From Candidatus Hydrogenedentota bacterium (lineage in GTDB: Bacteria > Hydrogenedentota > Hydrogenedentia > Hydrogenedentales > SLHB01), in NCBI GenBank assembly GCA_963674865.2, contig CAXXYE010000009.1, forward strand, positions 96,001 to 160,000: a stretch of 64,000 nucleotides of DNA, read 5' to 3'. The stretch's first letter is position 1, and each line of letters begins with the position of its first letter. Both the position numbers and the translations under genes were made by a program. The notes under the pieces are model-generated. The model was not told where the DNA came from. It made no database searches and saw only the letters and a program-made list of their open reading frames with translations. This document shows, piece by piece, positions 30,966 to 41,333 of the stretch.

Positions 30966-31712
30966 ATGAATCGTATGAAATGGCAGGTAGTCCTCGGGAT
31001 CATCCTGCTTGCACTATCCTCGGCATGCTATTTCCTGCACTACCTGATCTTCCGGGATCCGCATCACATCTTTATCTACCTTGTTGGGGATATTGCCTTT
31101 GTCTTCGTCGAGGTCCTGCTGGTGACGCTCATCATTCACGGACTCCTCGAGGGGCGCGAGAAGCGAAGCCGCCTGAGCAAGTTGAACATGGTTATCGGCG
31201 TCTTCTTCAGCGAAGTGGGAACGAAGCTGCTGAACGACTTGGCGCGCTGGGATCCCGACGCCGAAGAGTTGAAAGCCAGGATGAGGACGACGTCTCCCGC
31301 GCCGGGCAATGCGCTGGCCAAGATTCGTGAATCTCTCGACGGACACGCGTATGCCGTCGATTCCACCACAATCGATTGGCAAGATCTCCGCGATCATCTC
31401 GTCGAAAAAAGGAATTTCCTTGTCCGGCTGCTGGAGAATCCCAATCTCCTGGAGCACGAGTCATTCACCGACCTCCTCTGGGCGATCTTTCATCTCACCG
31501 AGGAGCTTGACGCGCGGCCGGACTTTGAGGACATGCCGGATACGGATCGCCGGCATCTCACCGGCGACGCAAAGAGAGTGTATGGGAAACTCGCCTCGCA
31601 GTGGCTGGATTACATGGAGCACCTGCGCACCGGCTATCCCTATCTCTTCTCCTTGGCGTTAAGGATGAATCCTTTCGATCCCAGCGCCTCTCCGGTGGTA
31701 TCGGAAACATAA
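30966..31712 (+). CDS. Conserved hypothetical membrane protein (2 N-terminal TMs)
   Basis: Coherent ORF after GAGGAG RBS; KLNMVIGVFFSEVG and LLENPNLLEHESFTDLLWA segments. Confidence 0.7.
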   Translation: MNRMKWQVVLGIILLALSSACYFLHYLIFRDPHHIFIYLVGDIAFVFVEVLLVTLIIHGLLEGREKRSRLSKLNMVIGVFFSEVGTKLLNDLARWDPDAEELKARMRTTSPAPGNALAKIRESLDGHAYAVDSTTIDWQDLRDHLVEKRNFLVRLLENPNLLEHESFTDLLWAIFHLTEELDARPDFEDMPDTDRRHLTGDAKRVYGKLASQWLDYMEHLRTGYPYLFSLALRMNPFDPSASPVVSET

Positions 31713-31745
31713 CGCGCCAGGCGCCTGGCGCCATAATCTTTTCCC

Positions 31746-31980
31746 CTACGCTCCGGAAGCCATATCCTTGAGTTCGCTCATGGTGAAGAGCGCGTGCAGG
31801 GCGAGGCCGTGTTGAACGAGGTTCTCCGCGCCTCCCGATTCTCTATCGATAACGCAGAGCACATCCGTGATCGCTGCGCCAAGATTGCGCAAGTCCGCCG
31901 CGGATTGCAGGATCTGCCCGCCGGAAGTGACGACATCCTCCACAATCAAGAGCGTCTTTCCCCGGACAGCGCCGCCGCGC
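31746..31980 (-). pseudogene. pyrE: 5'-truncated orotate phosphoribosyltransferase fragment
   Basis: Only the C-terminal half is present: LIVEDVVTSGGQ PRPP loop and VLCVIDRESGG; upstream residues do not resemble PyrE. Confidence 0.7.
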
Positions 31981-32200
31981 TTAGATGTGATCCCCAAATC
32001 CTCCTGGACGGCTGCGCTGGAAATCCTAACAGCTTCTCGCCTCCCGGCCAAACATCCCAAATGCGACTGCTGAAAGGTTTGCACTACATGATTGGCAATC
32101 CGGCCACTGGGTTTGACGATGACCATGGACGGGCGTATCGTGACATTCGTAAGGTTAGTTGCGAGGCGTGCGGGCCCACCCGTTGAGAAGGGAATCTTGC

Positions 32201-32542
32201 ATGGAGGAATTATCCACCGTCGAAGCGCTGGAATGCTGCCTTTCGGAAGAAACGCAGGAACCGGTGCTTATCTTCAAGCACAGCACGCGGTGCCCCATTT
32301 CCGCGGCGGCCTACGAACAAGTGAAACGCTACGTATCCAGCGCCCCGCCGGGAAGTCCTCCCGTGTACCTGATCAAGGTGATCGAATCGCGGCCCGTCTC
32401 GAACGCGGTGGCCGAACGACTGGGCGTCAACCATCAGTCGCCGCAGTTGATCCTGGTGGCGGGAGGCAGGGCCGTGTGGTCGTCCTCGCACCTCGCGATC
32501 ACGCCGGAGGCCATCGCACAGGCCGTCAAGGATCACATGTAG
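32201..32542 (+). CDS. ytxJ: Bacillithiol-system redox protein YtxJ/BrxC family (thioredoxin fold)
   Basis: FKHSTRCPIS and HQSPQ motifs; ATG 32201. Confidence 0.85.
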   Translation: MEELSTVEALECCLSEETQEPVLIFKHSTRCPISAAAYEQVKRYVSSAPPGSPPVYLIKVIESRPVSNAVAERLGVNHQSPQLILVAGGRAVWSSSHLAITPEAIAQAVKDHM

Positions 32543-32576
32543 CCCTGACGCTGTACGCCGAGAAAAGGAGCGAGGA

Positions 32577-33038
32577 ATGCTGCTCTACCTGATTCAGCAC
32601 GGTGACGCCGTAGACAAGTCGGCCGATCCGGAGCGCCCTCTTTCGGAAACGGGGAAACGCGATGTGGACGCCGTGGGGCGGTTTCTCGAGCAGGCCGGAC
32701 TCGCCATTCCCACACTGTGGCACAGCGGAAAGACACGCGCCCGGCAAACCGCGGAACGCCTTGCTCCACACGTCGCGCCGAATGGCCGGCTTCTCGAAGT
32801 CAAGGGCCTGGGCCCCGGCGATCCCGTGAAGCCCGTTGGCAAGAAACTTGGTGAGGAGAAAACCGATCTGGCCATCATCGGCCATCTACCTTATCTCGCG
32901 CGGCTGGCAGGATGGCTCCTCACTGGGGACGAGGACGCATCCACCATTACGTTCGAGCGCGGAGCCGTCCTCTGCCTCGAGCGCGATGTGGCCGGCCGCT
33001 GGCACGTGCGCTGGATGATCGTTCCCTCACTCCTGTAA
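32577..33038 (+). CDS. sixA: Phosphohistidine phosphatase SixA
   Basis: LIQHGDA, RPLS, HSGKTRARQTAE, GHLP. Confidence 0.88.
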   Translation: MLLYLIQHGDAVDKSADPERPLSETGKRDVDAVGRFLEQAGLAIPTLWHSGKTRARQTAERLAPHVAPNGRLLEVKGLGPGDPVKPVGKKLGEEKTDLAIIGHLPYLARLAGWLLTGDEDASTITFERGAVLCLERDVAGRWHVRWMIVPSLL

Positions 33039-33101
33039 CGGACGTGTCGCTGATGATGCGTTCCCCAAAAGTCCCTCGCCCTCAACCGGAGCGCGCGCGA
33101 C

Positions 33102-35282
33102 ATGCGTAGCAGATCTCCGCACCGAAAGGGCGAACTCGCCGCTCGGCCTGTGCCGCCTCCCACGAGCCGCCGCGTAGGCCATCGTGTCCTCTCCGTTCTG
33201 CGCACAGCTTTGCTCTTGCTTGCAGTAACCACCGTTTACCTTGGCGCGCTGGAGCTTATCCTCGCCGCGGCGGGAATCTCGCCGATCGTCGAAGAGACGG
33301 ATCCGTACGTCGGGTTCTCTTCACAGATTCCGCTGTTTGTGCAGGAATCCGGGCCAAACGGCGAGGAAACCATGGTGACGGCCGCCAACAAGCTGGATCT
33401 TTTCAACATGCAGCGGTTCCCGGCAAAGAAGACAACGGGTACCTACCGCATCTTCTGCATGGGAGGCTCGACAACCTATGGGCGGCCCTATGATAACGCG
33501 ACTTCGTTCTGTGGATGGCTCCGGGCCGTCTTGCCCAAGGCGGATCCGGCGCGCCGATGGGAAGTCATCAACGCGGGCGGCATAAGCTACGCGAGCTATC
33601 GCGTGAGAATGCTCATGGAGGAACTGGTTCAGTACGAGCCGGATCTCTTCATCATCTACACGGGACACAACGAATTCCTCGAACGGCGGACGTACGGCCC
33701 GATCATGGACATGCCGGTTTGGCTGCGTGAGGCCGGGACCGCGCTCCATCACACACGGACGTACACCGTGTTGACCCGCATAGCGAGTTGGGCCGGCCGG
33801 GGGCCCGCCCCGAGAGAAGACGCCCGCCCGAGCCTGCCCGGCGAGGTGGACGCCATCCTGGATGAGACGCTGGGCCCCGAGTCCTATCATCGGGACGACG
33901 CACAGCGGGATCGAGTGCTGACGCATTTCCGCTACAGCCTGGGGCGCATGACAGACTTGGCGCGTTCGGCCGGCGCGGAAGTCGTGTTCATTACCCCCGC
34001 GTCTAATCTCCGGCACTGCTCTCCCTTCAAGAGCGAGCATCAGGACGCGCTAAGCGATGATGCCCGCGAACAATGCGACGCATTCCTGGCAGACGCCACG
34101 GAGGCGCGGCAGGCAGGCCGTGTGGACGAGGCCCTGGCGGCTGTCGAGCAGGCGTTGGCGCTGGATGATCGCTACGCACATCTTCACTTCGTGTACGGCC
34201 AGGTGTTGTGTGATCTGGAGCGCTATGACGAAGCAAGAGCCGCCTTTGTGCGTGCGCGGGATGAGGACATCTGCCCCCTGCGCGCACTGACGCCGATACG
34301 CGGCATCATCGCCGATACCGCCCGGGCGCGCCGCGTCCCCTGCGTCGACTTCGCGGCCTTGGCGGAGCGCCGTTCGCCTCACGGGATCCCGGGGGAGGAG
34401 TTGTTTGTGGATCATGTGCATCCAACCATCAAAGGGCACCGCCTACTGGCGTTGGCGGTGCTGGATGCACTGATGGAACAGGGCATTGTGCGGCCCGCCG
34501 ACGCGTGGAACGCCGAATCGATGACAGCGGTGACGCGCGAGGTCGAGGGAAGCATTGATGCGCGGGCGGGCGCCATGGGGCTGCGGAATCAAGCCAAAGT
34601 GCTGAACTGGGCGGGGAAGTTCGCGGAGGCCCGGAGGCTCGCCTTGCGTGCCATCGAGCTGAATACCGAGGATGCGGAGGCCTACTATCAGGCGGCCCGG
34701 GGCGCCGTGGGAATAGGCCGCTCGGAGGAGGCAATCACGTACTACCGGCAGGCCGTGGCCGCAAAGCCGGACTATGCTTTGGCAAGATTCCGCCTGGCCA
34801 ATGCCCTCTTGGCCAAGGACGCGTCCGAAGAGGCCATTGAACATTATCGAAGGTTGCTCGATGGCCCGCCGGAATACGCGGCCCTGGCGCACAACAACCT
34901 GGGGAACGAGCTATCGGCCCAAGGCGCGCTTGACGAGGCCATCCGGCACTACCGCGAGGCGCTCAACATACGCCCCGGCTACGTGGATGCGCACAGCAAC
35001 CTGGGACTTTGCCTGATGGCGCGGGGCGACGCCGAGGAGGCCATCCGCGAGTACGAAAAGGCGCTGGCCCTCGATCCGGACAGTGCGCCGACGCATTACA
35101 ATCTCGGGCGGGCTCTGTTGGCGCAAGGGCGTCCCCGTGAGGCCGCTGAACACCTTCGCGAAACGCTGCGGAGCATGCCCGATTCTTCCTCGGTCCACTA
35201 CAGCCTGGGCGAGGCCCTGAGACAAGTGGGCGACGTCGACGAAGCCGAGAAACACTTCCGCGCAGCAGCACGGGGCGATTAG
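33102..35282 (+). CDS. SGNH/GDSL-like hydrolase with C-terminal TPR repeats
   Basis: TM anchor, GGSTTYG block I, GHNE, DHVHP, TPRs (AHNNLG, AHSNLG). Confidence 0.82.
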   Translation: MRSRSPHRKGELAARPVPPPTSRRVGHRVLSVLRTALLLLAVTTVYLGALELILAAAGISPIVEETDPYVGFSSQIPLFVQESGPNGEETMVTAANKLDLFNMQRFPAKKTTGTYRIFCMGGSTTYGRPYDNATSFCGWLRAVLPKADPARRWEVINAGGISYASYRVRMLMEELVQYEPDLFIIYTGHNEFLERRTYGPIMDMPVWLREAGTALHHTRTYTVLTRIASWAGRGPAPREDARPSLPGEVDAILDETLGPESYHRDDAQRDRVLTHFRYSLGRMTDLARSAGAEVVFITPASNLRHCSPFKSEHQDALSDDAREQCDAFLADATEARQAGRVDEALAAVEQALALDDRYAHLHFVYGQVLCDLERYDEARAAFVRARDEDICPLRALTPIRGIIADTARARRVPCVDFAALAERRSPHGIPGEELFVDHVHPTIKGHRLLALAVLDALMEQGIVRPADAWNAESMTAVTREVEGSIDARAGAMGLRNQAKVLNWAGKFAEARRLALRAIELNTEDAEAYYQAARGAVGIGRSEEAITYYRQAVAAKPDYALARFRLANALLAKDASEEAIEHYRRLLDGPPEYAALAHNNLGNELSAQGALDEAIRHYREALNIRPGYVDAHSNLGLCLMARGDAEEAIREYEKALALDPDSAPTHYNLGRALLAQGRPREAAEHLRETLRSMPDSSSVHYSLGEALRQVGDVDEAEKHFRAAARGD

Positions 35283-35324
35283 CACAAGTATCCGGTTTTC
35301 CGTCAGACGGAAAGCGCGTTGTCC

Positions 35325-36335
35325 CTACGGCGCCTGGCCTTCTCGCGGACGTCTCACGGCGCAGTGTTCGGCCAGGAAGACAAGAATCTGCCTGAAGACC
35401 TCCGGCTCTCTGGCGATGCCCATGCCGTGCCCGCCTCCCCGAACAAGGATCAGCTCGTGAGGCGTCCCCACGGCTTGGAGTGCCTGGGCCATCTTCTCCG
35501 ACTGGCTCGGAGCAACGCGTTCGTCGGCCGTACCGTGGATAATCAGGACAGGGGGGAGGTCGCGTCGCACATACGATAGGGGGGAAGCCCGCCGCGCGAT
35601 TTCAGGGTGGCTTGCCGGTGAAACACCCAAGAAACGCGCCACGGCGGGATCATCGCCGCCCGGCGGGTTCTTGAACAGGGGCGCCGTGAGATCGAGGGGC
35701 GCGCAAATCAACACAGCGGCCTGGACGGCACTCGACTGGCCTGCGTAGCCGCCATCGTCGAATTCCTGCTCGTCCCCGGTGACGGCAAGCATAGCGGACA
35801 AATGTCCGCCGGCTGAGGCCCCCATGGCCGCGAGATGCGCGGGATCCACACGGTATTGATCCGCGTGCTCCCGCAGCCAACGCACCGCACGCTTGCAGTC
35901 GACGACGGCCGCCGGGAATGGCGCTTCGTCGGAAAGGCGATATCCGACGGAAAGTGCCACATAGCCTTCCTCGGCGAAGGCACACATCATGGCCAGCGTT
36001 CTGGGGCCGCCCTTTCCGCCCGTGTACCAGCCGCCGCCGTGGAACAGCAGGATGGCAGGGCGCAACTCCGGGGAGTGCACGGGATAGAGAATGTCCAGGG
36101 ACTGCCGGTCCGACGCGACGCCGTAGGGCACGTCCGTGTCCAGGGCATGGCCTTCAGGCAGTTGCTGTTCGGCAGGCGCTTGCACGGACGGTTCCTCCAC
36201 GGGATAGTTCTTGGCCGAGCTCACGGATGAAACCAGCGCTTGGGGCGGAGCATGCCCCAAGCCTTCATGGACGCAGGATGACACCGCCATCGCGACGAGC
36301 ACCCAGAACACGCGTAACATACGTACTCGTCGCAT
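35325..36335 (-). CDS. Alpha/beta hydrolase (carboxylesterase, BD-FAE-like)
   Basis: HGGGW, GASAGG, HGTAD, GHG. Confidence 0.9.
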   Translation of the reverse strand: MRRVRMLRVFWVLVAMAVSSCVHEGLGHAPPQALVSSVSSAKNYPVEEPSVQAPAEQQLPEGHALDTDVPYGVASDRQSLDILYPVHSPELRPAILLFHGGGWYTGGKGGPRTLAMMCAFAEEGYVALSVGYRLSDEAPFPAAVVDCKRAVRWLREHADQYRVDPAHLAAMGASAGGHLSAMLAVTGDEQEFDDGGYAGQSSAVQAAVLICAPLDLTAPLFKNPPGGDDPAVARFLGVSPASHPEIARRASPLSYVRRDLPPVLIIHGTADERVAPSQSEKMAQALQAVGTPHELILVRGGGHGMGIAREPEVFRQILVFLAEHCAVRRPREGQAP

Positions 36336-36419
36336 AGGCCTCCCTTCTGCGGGCTCACGACCTCACGCATTCGCGGCCTAGACTTCACGCCTTCCTAAGA
36401 GGAAACCGAGTTTCCCTTA

Positions 36420-37856
36420 TCAAGGCCCAGGCGGCTTGATATCCCACGGCTGGGCCTCCGTCGGCGTATAGCGCGGCCTTCCGTCTTGCTCCGGAAAAGC
36501 TTGAAGGAACTTCACCAGCCGCTCCCGCGCCGCGGCCGTCTCCGGATCGGTACTCGCGATCAGGTTGACTTCCTCCGCGGGATCCGTCTTCAAGTCATGG
36601 AGTCGGGCCGGTTTCCCATCCAGCACCCACAACTTGTAACGCGTGTCGCGAATGGCCCGATCGGCGTATTTCACGGCGGGCTCGACGCCCCGCTCGGTGA
36701 GCTTTGCCGGGTGCGCTCCCATGGCCAAGATCCATTCCCGCGGCGAATCCTGCTCCTTTCCAAGCAAGAGCGGGGCGAGCGAGCGCCCGTCGATGATGCT
36801 CTCCTCCGGCGGGTTGGCGCCGGCCAGGTCAACGAGTGTCGGGAAGAGATCGGTGAAATCCGTCAGCGCATCCGTAACAAGGCCTGCCGGAACGCGGCCG
36901 GGGCCGTTCACGATGAAAGGTTCACACACACCGTTCTCACCGAGCGTTGCCTTGCCGCCGTGGACAGGCCGCCCATGGCGTCGCCCGACCAGGCTACCGC
37001 CGGAGCCGTTATCCGTAGTGAAGATGACGATCGTCTCCTCGCGCAGATCCAGCGCGTCAAACGCCGCGACAAGACGGCCGACGATATCATCCATGTAGCG
37101 CACCATGGCCTTGTGCTTCTGCAAATCGCTTTCGGCCTCGGGTTCAGCCGGTGTTGTGGTGAAGGGGCCATGCGTGAGCACCATGGGGAAGTAGAGAAGC
37201 TGCGGCTGTTCCCTATGCCGCTTCATGAAGTCGATAAGGAAATCCGCGAACACGTCCGGCCCGAATTGCCCCGTGTAGGTCTTGCTTCCGGCGCACGTGT
37301 TGATATACGGATTCCAGTAGCGTTCCGAGCTGGGCAGGTTGCCCGTCTCGTAGCCCGTCCACATACACCACTCGTCGAATCCATGCTGCTTCATGGCGTC
37401 CGGCTGCACGCGAAAATCGTTGATCTGCCACTTGCCCGCCGCCGCCGTCGCGTATCCGGCTTCACGGAGCACGCGTGCGAAAGTCAGGTTCTCCCCGGGA
37501 TCGAAGTGACACCCCGCACCCCAACGCGGCACGTCCCAGTGGTTGATCCAGCCGTGCCGCCAAGGATACTGCCCCGTCAGGAGCGTCGCCCGCGTCGGCG
37601 TGCACTGAGGCATGGAGTAGGCATTCGTGAAACGCACACCACCTGCCGCCAACGCGTCGATGTGAGGCGTCTGGATGTCCTCCGCGCCACAGCAACTGAT
37701 CCACTCCTTGCCGAGATCATCCACCAGAATGAGCAGGATGTTCGGCCGCCGCACGCGATCCTCCTTTGCCGTAGCTCTCGGCACGAGTGCAGCGGCGGCC
37801 GTACTTCCTGCGATGGTACGCAAGAACGTACGCCGTGTTTCACGAGGTCCCTTCAT
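36420..37856 (-). CDS. Tat-exported sulfatase
   Basis: TRRTFL signal, VDDLG, CTPTR FGly motif, GKWQ; start ATG 37856. Confidence 0.92.
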   Translation of the reverse strand: MKGPRETRRTFLRTIAGSTAAAALVPRATAKEDRVRRPNILLILVDDLGKEWISCCGAEDIQTPHIDALAAGGVRFTNAYSMPQCTPTRATLLTGQYPWRHGWINHWDVPRWGAGCHFDPGENLTFARVLREAGYATAAAGKWQINDFRVQPDAMKQHGFDEWCMWTGYETGNLPSSERYWNPYINTCAGSKTYTGQFGPDVFADFLIDFMKRHREQPQLLYFPMVLTHGPFTTTPAEPEAESDLQKHKAMVRYMDDIVGRLVAAFDALDLREETIVIFTTDNGSGGSLVGRRHGRPVHGGKATLGENGVCEPFIVNGPGRVPAGLVTDALTDFTDLFPTLVDLAGANPPEESIIDGRSLAPLLLGKEQDSPREWILAMGAHPAKLTERGVEPAVKYADRAIRDTRYKLWVLDGKPARLHDLKTDPAEEVNLIASTDPETAAARERLVKFLQAFPEQDGRPRYTPTEAQPWDIKPPGP

Positions 37857-39273
37857 AATCCTTCCCTGACTCACTGGCCGCGCAGGACGCGCGCCATGCT
37901 TCAAGGGTGCACAGCATCCCCGCGACGATCTCCGGGTGCTCGACCGCCACATCGAGTGTTTCAGCCGGGTCGTTCTCGAGATCGAACAGCGCATAGTGCT
38001 TGCCCGCATCGATCGAGATGAGCTTGTAGCGGTTGCCGATCAACGCAACCTGGTCGCGCGACTCGAATGCGATCGGTTGGGCGCGTTTGGCCATGGCGCC
38101 GTCGATTAAGGGCATAAGGCTGAGGCCGTCAATAGGCATCGTATGCGGCACAGAGCCTAACTCGAGCGCGTCGAGCACTGTGGGGAAATAATCCAACGTA
38201 CTGCACGCGGTGGTGATGGTTCGCGGCTCGACAATACGCGCGGGCCACTCCACGAGGCCGGGGACGCGAACGCCGCCTTCATACAGATCGCGCTTGCGGC
38301 CTCGGAATGGCCCAGCCGATCCCGGCGCCGAGCCGGCTTGCCCCTCGGGGCCGTTATCGCTGCAAAACCACAGCATCGTATTCTCGCTGACGCCCAAAGC
38401 GCGGAGCTCTCGACGCAGCCGCCCGACTTGCTCGTCCATGGCGGTGATGCACCCGTAGAAGTGGCGCGCTTGCTCCGGCTGTCCGGCGTATTGGGCCAGG
38501 AACGACGGCCCTGCGACGATGGGCAGGTGAGGGGCATGGAACCAGATGACGGCGAAGAAGGGCGTATCGGCCGCCGCCGCCTCTCTGATGAAGGGGATAA
38601 CACGATCCATGATGACGCGCGAGTCATCGCCTTCGAGATTGTCCGTGATCGCCTCGCCCCGCTCGTTCCAATAGCGCGTGCCGTAAGGCTTGCCGGTGTC
38701 GGGATGGATCATGGGATTCCACGTCGGCACCTTGGCCTCCGTCGAAAAGCAGCGATCGAATCCACTCTCCCAAGGAGGGCTATAGTGCGCCACGCCGTCC
38801 GGCCCGCCGCGGTTTGAGTCGGGCACGGTCTTGGTCAACGTGCCGAGGTGCCACTTCCCGAAGTGGCCCGTGGCGTACCCGTGCTCTCTGAGCGCCTCGG
38901 CCAACGTAACCTCCTGGGGGGGCAGGTGGCCCTCATTTGCGAAGTAGACGCCGTAGCGGTACGGATGACGCCCAGTGACGCAGCTTCCGCGAGTCGGGGA
39001 GCACACCGGCGCACCCGCGTAGAATCTGTCCAGGCGCAGGCCGCACGATGCCATCGCGTCGAGGTTCGGCGTTTGCAGCACGGGATGCCCATGATAGCCC
39101 ACGTCTCCCCAGCCTTGATCGTCGGACATGCACAAGATGACATTGGTGCGCGGGCGCGCCGCCTCGCGCGGCGGACGCGACAGCGCGCAGGATGCGCCCG
39201 TCAACGCCAGTGTCGCGAGAAACTGACGCCGCGTCGCCCTCGCCGTTCTGCTTATCACCAATCGCCTCCCCAA
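37840..39273 (-). CDS. Tat-exported sulfatase (arylsulfatase/GalNAc-6-sulfatase-like)
   Basis: TRRQFL, SDDQG, CSPTR, GKWHLG, LYEGGVRVP; start uncertain. Confidence 0.92.
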   Translation of the reverse strand: MGRRLVISRTARATRRQFLATLALTGASCALSRPPREAARPRTNVILCMSDDQGWGDVGYHGHPVLQTPNLDAMASCGLRLDRFYAGAPVCSPTRGSCVTGRHPYRYGVYFANEGHLPPQEVTLAEALREHGYATGHFGKWHLGTLTKTVPDSNRGGPDGVAHYSPPWESGFDRCFSTEAKVPTWNPMIHPDTGKPYGTRYWNERGEAITDNLEGDDSRVIMDRVIPFIREAAAADTPFFAVIWFHAPHLPIVAGPSFLAQYAGQPEQARHFYGCITAMDEQVGRLRRELRALGVSENTMLWFCSDNGPEGQAGSAPGSAGPFRGRKRDLYEGGVRVPGLVEWPARIVEPRTITTACSTLDYFPTVLDALELGSVPHTMPIDGLSLMPLIDGAMAKRAQPIAFESRDQVALIGNRYKLISIDAGKHYALFDLENDPAETLDVAVEHPEIVAGMLCTLEAWRASCAASESGKDYEGTS

Positions 39274-39295
39274 TAACGCGCGGCGTGCCGGATCC

Positions 39296-41200
39296 CTAGG
39301 GGCGGGGCGAAAGCGGCAGGAACGTGACCCACCGATTCTCCTCGCCTCGGTTGGCCCGGGCGTAGTACGGAATCAATGTCAAGGTCGTCGCTTGTCCGAG
39401 CGCATTCCCTGCCGTATAGGCGCCCTCGCCCTCCATTGCGGGCGCTATGCAGCCGGGGACGCTGAGGACGTGGACCCCTTCGAGGAGATCGGCGCGCCAC
39501 GCCACTTCGACAGCTCGGGCCACATCGCTCGGCCCGACGGTGACGCGTGCCGCCTCGACAGGGAAATCCACGTCGCAGTTCTCGAGACAGTAGACGAGCG
39601 GGCCTTTGGCAAAGGCCACCTGCCCGGCGTTGGCAGCGATTCGCGGATCCGAGAACACCATCCGCACCGGCATATCGAGAGTCAAGGTAACTTCATCGCC
39701 GGACGTCCACATGCGCTCGATGGTGTGGTAGGTGCCCGGTTCCGCCTTCACGGACTCCTCACCCGTGCACACAACGGCAGCCTGCCGACACCACGCGGGA
39801 ATGCGCAAGCGCAGTGCGCACTGCGCCGCCTGCTCGCCGTCAAAGCGAAACGTCACTTTGCCGTTGTGCGGGTAGTCCGTAGCAACGGAAAACCGCACCT
39901 GGTGCCCGTCGCCAAAGTCATGCGTGATCTCTCCCGAGGTGTAGAGGTTCACGTAGAGGCCGCTATCATCGTAAGAGCAGACGTATTCGGGCAGGGCGCC
40001 GAGAAATCGCCAGGCGTTCGGCATGCAGCAGGCCGTTCGATGAATCTCCGGCAGTCGGAGGCGGCGAGTCCTCGGCGCCTGGTGATCGGTGCGGCCTGTT
40101 TGATCGCCCACCAGGCGAAGGGGATTGTAATAGAAGGTACCGCGATGATCCAGCTCGAGCGCGCCAAGAAAATGGTTGTAGAGGACGCACTCGATGAGGT
40201 CAAAGAACCGGCTATCCGCCGACGCGGCGTGCATGCGCCAGGAGAACATTATCAGCGACACCGACGCGCACGTCTCGGCGATATCGCGCGTTGGTGCATC
40301 GTCCAGCGACTGCGGAAGGCAATACGGCCGCCCAGGTATGCGCTCGTCATATCCGAGTCCTCCGGTGATGTAGAGGCGCGTGTTGACGATCTCGTCCCAA
40401 AGTTCAGGCAGGAACCGGCGTAGCTCGGCGTCGCCTGTCTCCAGGTACGCGTCCGCCAATCCCGCGAGCAGATAGTTGACGCGAACGGCGTGCAATTTGC
40501 CGCCGCCGGCCTGCACCTCCGACAACGTCGGCCCGATATCACATAGTCTTGCGAGCGTGACGGCGAAATCCAGGTACTTCTTCTCGCCCGAGGTGCGAGC
40601 CAGGCGTACAAGAGCCAACTCGTACTCGGGGTGCTCCCGCCTACCCACCTCGCCGAAGTAAGGATTACCGGCGTCGAACTCACCTATGAGGTAATCCGCC
40701 CACCGGCAGGCCGCATCGAGCAGCGAGCGCTCCTGCGTCACGCGGTAGTGCGCTACGGCGGCCTCGAAGAAGTGGCCCGCTATATAGAGATCATGGCTAA
40801 TCTTCGGTTCGAACCGCCCGTGCGGCGGCACTTGCGTGTTGATATAGCCGTCTTCGCATTGACAGAACGCGATGCACTCCGCCATGTGGTCGATGGCTTC
40901 CTTGACGCGTACGTCTCCCGTTTGGGCGTAGACGTAGCAGGCGCCTTCGAGCCACTTGTAGAGGTCGGAGTCGCTCGCGAGGCGATCTGTCTGGGTGGTC
41001 GGCTCATCGCCTTTGGCCCGCGCCTCGAATCGCTTGGGGATGGGACTGTCGAGCGCCGCCAGCACACTGTCCAGGTTCTTCTCGAGGCGCTTCCCTAAGA
41101 AGCCCGAGATCCTCATATTCCTCATTGGTACCGGCCGGCACTTCGCAGTCTCTTCCGGCCAGCCGGCCACGGTGTTCATAACTTTCACGTCTTCCGCCAT
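39296..41200 (-). CDS. Glycoside hydrolase family 127 (beta-L-arabinofuranosidase-like)
   Basis: DSDLYKWLEG, HAVR, YITGG, ETCA, CCMPN motifs. Confidence 0.88.
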   Translation of the reverse strand: MAEDVKVMNTVAGWPEETAKCRPVPMRNMRISGFLGKRLEKNLDSVLAALDSPIPKRFEARAKGDEPTTQTDRLASDSDLYKWLEGACYVYAQTGDVRVKEAIDHMAECIAFCQCEDGYINTQVPPHGRFEPKISHDLYIAGHFFEAAVAHYRVTQERSLLDAACRWADYLIGEFDAGNPYFGEVGRREHPEYELALVRLARTSGEKKYLDFAVTLARLCDIGPTLSEVQAGGGKLHAVRVNYLLAGLADAYLETGDAELRRFLPELWDEIVNTRLYITGGLGYDERIPGRPYCLPQSLDDAPTRDIAETCASVSLIMFSWRMHAASADSRFFDLIECVLYNHFLGALELDHRGTFYYNPLRLVGDQTGRTDHQAPRTRRLRLPEIHRTACCMPNAWRFLGALPEYVCSYDDSGLYVNLYTSGEITHDFGDGHQVRFSVATDYPHNGKVTFRFDGEQAAQCALRLRIPAWCRQAAVVCTGEESVKAEPGTYHTIERMWTSGDEVTLTLDMPVRMVFSDPRIAANAGQVAFAKGPLVYCLENCDVDFPVEAARVTVGPSDVARAVEVAWRADLLEGVHVLSVPGCIAPAMEGEGAYTAGNALGQATTLTLIPYYARANRGEENRWVTFLPLSPRP

Positions 41201-41333
41201 TACTTTCAGCTCCTCACCTTCTCATGTCCCATTCACGGCCAAGTGCATACTGCGATACATGTGAACGCCCAACCTAGCACGATTGCCTAATGCGGTTCAT
41301 CAGCGAATGCGTCCTTTCCCGCCCGTGACGCCG

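Noticed and set aside
36486..38021. 511-aa plus-strand ORF
   Set aside because: Antisense shadow of a sulfatase gene
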